Origin: Candidatus Adlerbacteria bacterium
Lineage (GTDB): Bacteria; Patescibacteriota; Minisyncoccia; Phycocordibacterales; SBAW01
Assembly (NCBI GenBank): GCA_903851045.1
Contig: CAINNF010000010.1
Span: 1,258 to 65,257, forward strand
Length of the DNA stretch: 64,000 nt
Direction: 5' to 3'
Shown piece by piece: positions 60,372-64,000 of the stretch. Both the position numbers and the translations under genes were made by a program. The notes under the pieces are model-generated. The model had not been told where the DNA came from. It was given only the letters and a program-made list of their open reading frames with translations, and ran no database searches. Position 1 is the stretch's first letter. Each line of letters begins with the position of its first letter.

Positions 60372-61118
60372 ATGAACACACATCTCGCACTCACCATAAC
60401 CGGCCTTCGTAAGACCTACGACACGGGAACCTCCGCGCTCAAAGGAGTCTCTCTTTCAATCGCCGAGGGAGATTTTTTTGCGCTCCTCGGCCCCAACGGA
60501 GCGGGGAAGACGACGCTCATTAGTATCCTTACTTGCCTCACGAACAAGACGAGCGGCACGGTCGAGGTGTTCGGCGCGTCAATCGACACGGAACCTGAGC
60601 GTGCGAAGACCTACATCGGTCTCGTGCCGCAAGAGTTCAATTTCAACATATTCGAAAAGGTCATCGACATCATAACCACTCAGGCGGGCTACTACGGTAT
60701 CACGCGCTCGAGCGCTTTGCAGGACGCCGAACCTATCTTGAAAGAACTGGGGCTGTGGGAAAAGCGGAACGATAAAGCGATGTCCTTATCCGGTGGTATG
60801 AAGCGACGTCTCATGATCGCTCGAGCGCTCATCCACCACCCGAGACTCTTGATACTCGACGAGCCGACCGCAGGAGTCGACGTGGAGCTTCGCCGCTCCA
60901 TGTGGGAGTTCCTCAAGAAGATGAACGAGACCGGTACCACCATCATCCTCACCACGCATTACCTCGAGGAGGCTGAGCAGCTGTGTCGAAACGTCGCCAT
61001 CATTAACCAAGGTGCGATAGTGGTGAACGAGCCGACCGCCGCGCTACTCCACAGACACGGGGACAAGAAACTGGAAGACATCTTCCTCACACTATTACAA
61101 CGATCAAGTACCACCTAG
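60372..61118 (+). CDS. ABC-2 type transporter ATP-binding protein (YadG-like)
   Basis: GPNGAGKT, VPQEFNFN and LSGGMKRR motifs. Confidence 0.95.
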   Translation: MNTHLALTITGLRKTYDTGTSALKGVSLSIAEGDFFALLGPNGAGKTTLISILTCLTNKTSGTVEVFGASIDTEPERAKTYIGLVPQEFNFNIFEKVIDIITTQAGYYGITRSSALQDAEPILKELGLWEKRNDKAMSLSGGMKRRLMIARALIHHPRLLILDEPTAGVDVELRRSMWEFLKKMNETGTTIILTTHYLEEAEQLCRNVAIINQGAIVVNEPTAALLHRHGDKKLEDIFLTLLQRSSTT

Positions 61119-61122
61119 ACCC

Positions 61123-61896
61123 ATGAACCCACGAAGGATAACAGTCGCATACTACACGTTGGTCCGCAAAGAATGGGTGCGCATGACGCGGATCTGGTCA
61201 CAGACGTTCCTCCCGTCGATCGTCACCACAACCCTCTATTACATGATCTTTGGAGCGTTCATCGGCTCCCAGATCGCTCCTATCCATGGGTTCTCCTATA
61301 TCCAGTTCATCGTCCCCGGCCTCGTCATGATGGCGGTCATCACGAACTCGTACAGTAACGTCGTCAGCGGTTTCTTTGGGATGAAATTCCAACATAATCT
61401 CGAAGAGATCATGGTGTCACCGACGCCCAACTGGGTGGTGGTGCTCGGCTTCGTGAGTGGGGGAGTCGTTCGCGGTGTCGTGGTCGGTATCCTCGTACTG
61501 CTCACCTCCCTCTTCTTCACGCACCTCACCGTCTACAGCTTTTTCGTCCTCATCTCAGCCGCCATACTCACCAGCATCCTCTTCTCCCTTGCCGGCTTGC
61601 TCAACGGAATCTTTGCGAAAGGATTCGACGGTATCAGCATCGTCCCCACGTTCGTCCTCACACCACTGACCTACCTTGGCGGCGTCTTCTATTCCATAGA
61701 TCGTTTACCGCCTATCTGGCGCGCCATATCGCTCGGCAACCCGATCATCTATATGGTGAACGCGTTCCGGTACGGTTTCTTGGGCATCTCGGATACTCCG
61801 CTCGTACTCAGTTTCGGTATCCTGATCGGACTCACCGTCGTTCTCTTCATGCTCTGTTTGTATCTATTTCAAAAAGGTATCGGGATGCGTAATTAA
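61123..61896 (+). CDS. ABC-2 type permease (YadH-like)
   Basis: FIVPGL.MM.VITNSY.N and LTPLTYLGGVFY motifs. Confidence 0.93.
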   Translation: MNPRRITVAYYTLVRKEWVRMTRIWSQTFLPSIVTTTLYYMIFGAFIGSQIAPIHGFSYIQFIVPGLVMMAVITNSYSNVVSGFFGMKFQHNLEEIMVSPTPNWVVVLGFVSGGVVRGVVVGILVLLTSLFFTHLTVYSFFVLISAAILTSILFSLAGLLNGIFAKGFDGISIVPTFVLTPLTYLGGVFYSIDRLPPIWRAISLGNPIIYMVNAFRYGFLGISDTPLVLSFGILIGLTVVLFMLCLYLFQKGIGMRN

Positions 61897-61897
61897 A

Positions 61898-62548
61898 TTA
61901 CGCACACTTCTCATCTGGTCGCGGCCACTCGACCACATCGAGCAGTTTTCTTTCGATCATCGAAGCTCGGCGCAACGTTCTCATTTTTTGAGAAGAGACG
62001 ATAGGGAAGTGTCGGGTCTCATCAAGGTCCCCCGCGATCCGCTCGAGACTCTCCCCCGACATGACCCAATACGCAGGTTCGTACCGGCGCAGATCGAACG
62101 GCTTCGAATAGGCTTTCATCGTCTTGCGACCATCGTGCATGTAATACTCATGAAAATACGACATCGACAGTTCGCGTATCGACCGATACACCGGGTCGCG
62201 CCAACGCAGTATCGCATGGTTCGTCTTACTGATCACGCCCCACTTGCCGTCACGTTTGAATAGCGCCACTACATGGTCCTCATCGAACGAGCTGGTTTGA
62301 AAATCGAGCAACAACGGCACCGCACCGTGGTAGGCGAGGGAAGCGGCAGCAAACATCGCTCCTTCGATACACTGCGCACGATGTTGTTCGATGACGCGTT
62401 TCGTGGACAGCAAGTCCCCCGACAGATCGAAATTTATCGGCAGGGCATCAAGATGGTCTTGCACCTTCTCAGGCGTCGAAAGTTTTTGCAGGACTCGTGC
62501 CACGTCGGGGGAGAGCGCCGCGCGCACCTTCTTCGTGTAGACATCCAT
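61898..62548 (-). CDS. Conserved hypothetical protein, transglutaminase-like
   Basis: C.EGA.FAAA, DHVVALF, SKTNH.LR.R.PVY and MSYFHEY motifs. Confidence 0.75.
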   Translation of the reverse strand: MDVYTKKVRAALSPDVARVLQKLSTPEKVQDHLDALPINFDLSGDLLSTKRVIEQHRAQCIEGAMFAAASLAYHGAVPLLLDFQTSSFDEDHVVALFKRDGKWGVISKTNHAILRWRDPVYRSIRELSMSYFHEYYMHDGRKTMKAYSKPFDLRRYEPAYWVMSGESLERIAGDLDETRHFPIVSSQKMRTLRRASMIERKLLDVVEWPRPDEKCA

Positions 62549-62652
62549 CGAAGCATTCTAGCATCTGGGCCGCAGTTCTCCAGCGGTATAGGTCGCACAA
62601 TATACCTTTTGCGACACTTACTGAGGTACAAAAGCTACGGTATACTGGAAAC

Positions 62653-63039
62653 ATGGATCGATGGATCACGCTTTACACGACACTGATTGGCCGCATTCTG
62701 CTCGGCGGGTTCTTTCTGTGGAGCGGTATAGAAAAGGCGCTCAACTTCTCCGGGTTTGTCGATTTCTTCGCGCACAAAGGATACGCGAATCCGCTCTATG
62801 TCGCTATGGGAGTTTTGGTCGTCGAGATCCTTGCCGGCATCGCCTTGATCACCGATGTGAAGACGCGTGCCGCGGCGCTTGTGCTAGCGATCTATATGCT
62901 GCTCTGGACCTTCCTGTTTCCACAGGTCGCCACCTCTGGCGAGACGCAACTATTTTTAGAGAATATGGCGATCGTCGGCGGCCTGTTACTGACTGCTGGA
63001 TACGGTACGAGCCGCTGGACGCCCGCCTGGCAGCGCTAG
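62653..63039 (+). CDS. DoxX family protein
   Basis: GRILL..FL.SG..K and F..N.AI.GGLL motifs. Confidence 0.9.
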   Translation: MDRWITLYTTLIGRILLGGFFLWSGIEKALNFSGFVDFFAHKGYANPLYVAMGVLVVEILAGIALITDVKTRAAALVLAIYMLLWTFLFPQVATSGETQLFLENMAIVGGLLLTAGYGTSRWTPAWQR

Positions 63040-63473
63040 TTCAAGGCGAGACTCTTGGCTGCGGCTGACTGCGACCAACAGTATTCAGAGGACGACCAGG
63101 GTGCCGTACCTTCGCGTTCGTACAGATGTCGTGCGAACTTGAGATTACCTTCAAGCGTGTACAGATCGATCCCGAGCGCTTTGGCCTCATCAAGATGGTA
63201 GTGTTCGTTTATCTGCATAACACCAACATCCTTATTGTTTATCGCTCCTCGATATACGCTACCGTCAGTATCGAACTGACGAAAGTGTGACTCGCAACTT
63301 GATATCGCAGCCATGATGGGAGCATCGGCGAAATATGCTTCGACTCGTTCTTTAATCGTCTCAACCTTCGGCATCGGCTGCGGAATGACCGGCTGAGAAG
63401 CTGGTGGCGTGCCAGTCGAGGTCGAGAACGCTACCGTCAGCGCAAGTGCGAGCGTCGTTGCAGAAAAGGGCAT
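63036..63473 (-). CDS. Secreted lysozyme/SLT-like transglycosylase
   Basis: Signal peptide; CES, GVMQIN and N...A..LY...G..PW motifs. Confidence 0.8.
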   Translation of the reverse strand: MPFSATTLALALTVAFSTSTGTPPASQPVIPQPMPKVETIKERVEAYFADAPIMAAISSCESHFRQFDTDGSVYRGAINNKDVGVMQINEHYHLDEAKALGIDLYTLEGNLKFARHLYEREGTAPWSSSEYCWSQSAAAKSLALN

Positions 63474-63704
63474 GTAATGGTTATCTGGTTGATTATCGGC
63501 TTCTGTAATAGAGATCCTGAAACAAAAAAGGCCTCCGGGGCTACCCCAGAGGTACTCATATGGTGCTCCCGAATCAAAAAAGGGTCAATAGGGGGGTATT
63601 GACAGGAAAAAACATATATAAACCCCCTACCCTGTGAATCTCGTCAAGCCAAGATAGGCCTTAATTTACAACATATTTTGGGAAAGCTGCACGCATTTGG
63701 TACA

Positions 63705-63738
63705 CAAGAGACCCCGCCACATGTGGCGGGGTCTCTTG
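63705..63738. terminator. Perfect 34-bp palindrome downstream of tRNA-Pro
   Basis: CAAGAGACCCCGCCACA|TGTGGCGGGGTCTCTTG. Confidence 0.65.
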
Positions 63739-63780
63739 GAGAACATTGTGCGCACTCGGTCAACGACTCGTACGACTCTG

Positions 63781-63851
63781 TCGGGCTGCCGGGAATCGAA
63801 CCCGGTCTACATCCACCCCATGGACGCGTACTACCGGTATACTACAGCCCG
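63781..63851 (-). tRNA. tRNA-Pro(GGG)
   Basis: CGGGCTG...CGTCC ATGGGGT GGATG...CCGGG TTCGATT CCCGG CAGCCCG A; CCA not encoded. Confidence 0.93.
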
Positions 63852-63882
63852 CCGCGCCCTCCAATAGCTACCCGATGGAGGA

Positions 63883-63925
63883 CCTTCGCTAAAGCTTCAG
63901 CGGACACAGCCCGCTTTAGGTGGCG
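63883..63925. repeat. REP-like element upstream of tRNA-Pro
   Basis: CCTTCGCTAAAGCTTCAGCGGAC; shares CCTTCG and AAGCTTCAGCG with the ung insert. Confidence 0.5.
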
Positions 63926-64000
63926 ATTTTGGAATTCTACCAGGGAATCTCGAACTTTTCGAATTCAGGAAGCAGTTTCTTACCATAGAGCAGCCGAGAT

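Overview
This is a gene-dense chromosomal segment using genetic code 11 (TGA is a stop). It most likely comes from a Candidate Phyla Radiation (Patescibacteria, Parcubacteria-like) bacterium; this is inferred from trimmed core proteins, an archaeal-type AspRS and CPR-typical hypothetical families. The core content is an F1F0 ATP synthase operon, five aminoacyl-tRNA synthetases, the infA-rpmJ-rpsM-rpsK-rpsD-rpoA-rplQ-rplM-rpsI cluster, grpE-dnaK-dnaJ, scpAB, cell-wall genes, two normal tRNAs and three toxin-antitoxin loci. No transposase, integrase or CRISPR array is seen. Four signals stand out. (1) A 177-nt tRNA-like gene with its own promoter and terminator (24118-24294, minus) has a tRNA-Pro body, a CAG (Leu) anticodon and a folded ~100-nt insertion in the D-loop. 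(2) A ~265-nt, highly structured, pseudoknotted candidate ncRNA lies divergent from trpS (about 47007-47272, minus). (3) Palindromic DNA elements sit in-frame inside essential genes (atpG, dnaK, pepA, ung, possibly alaS). (4) Core genes appear leaderless or lack Shine-Dalgarno sites, whereas ORFan cassettes carry TTGACA promoters and GGAGG-type sites. Family assignments come from motif recognition only; no database search was run.
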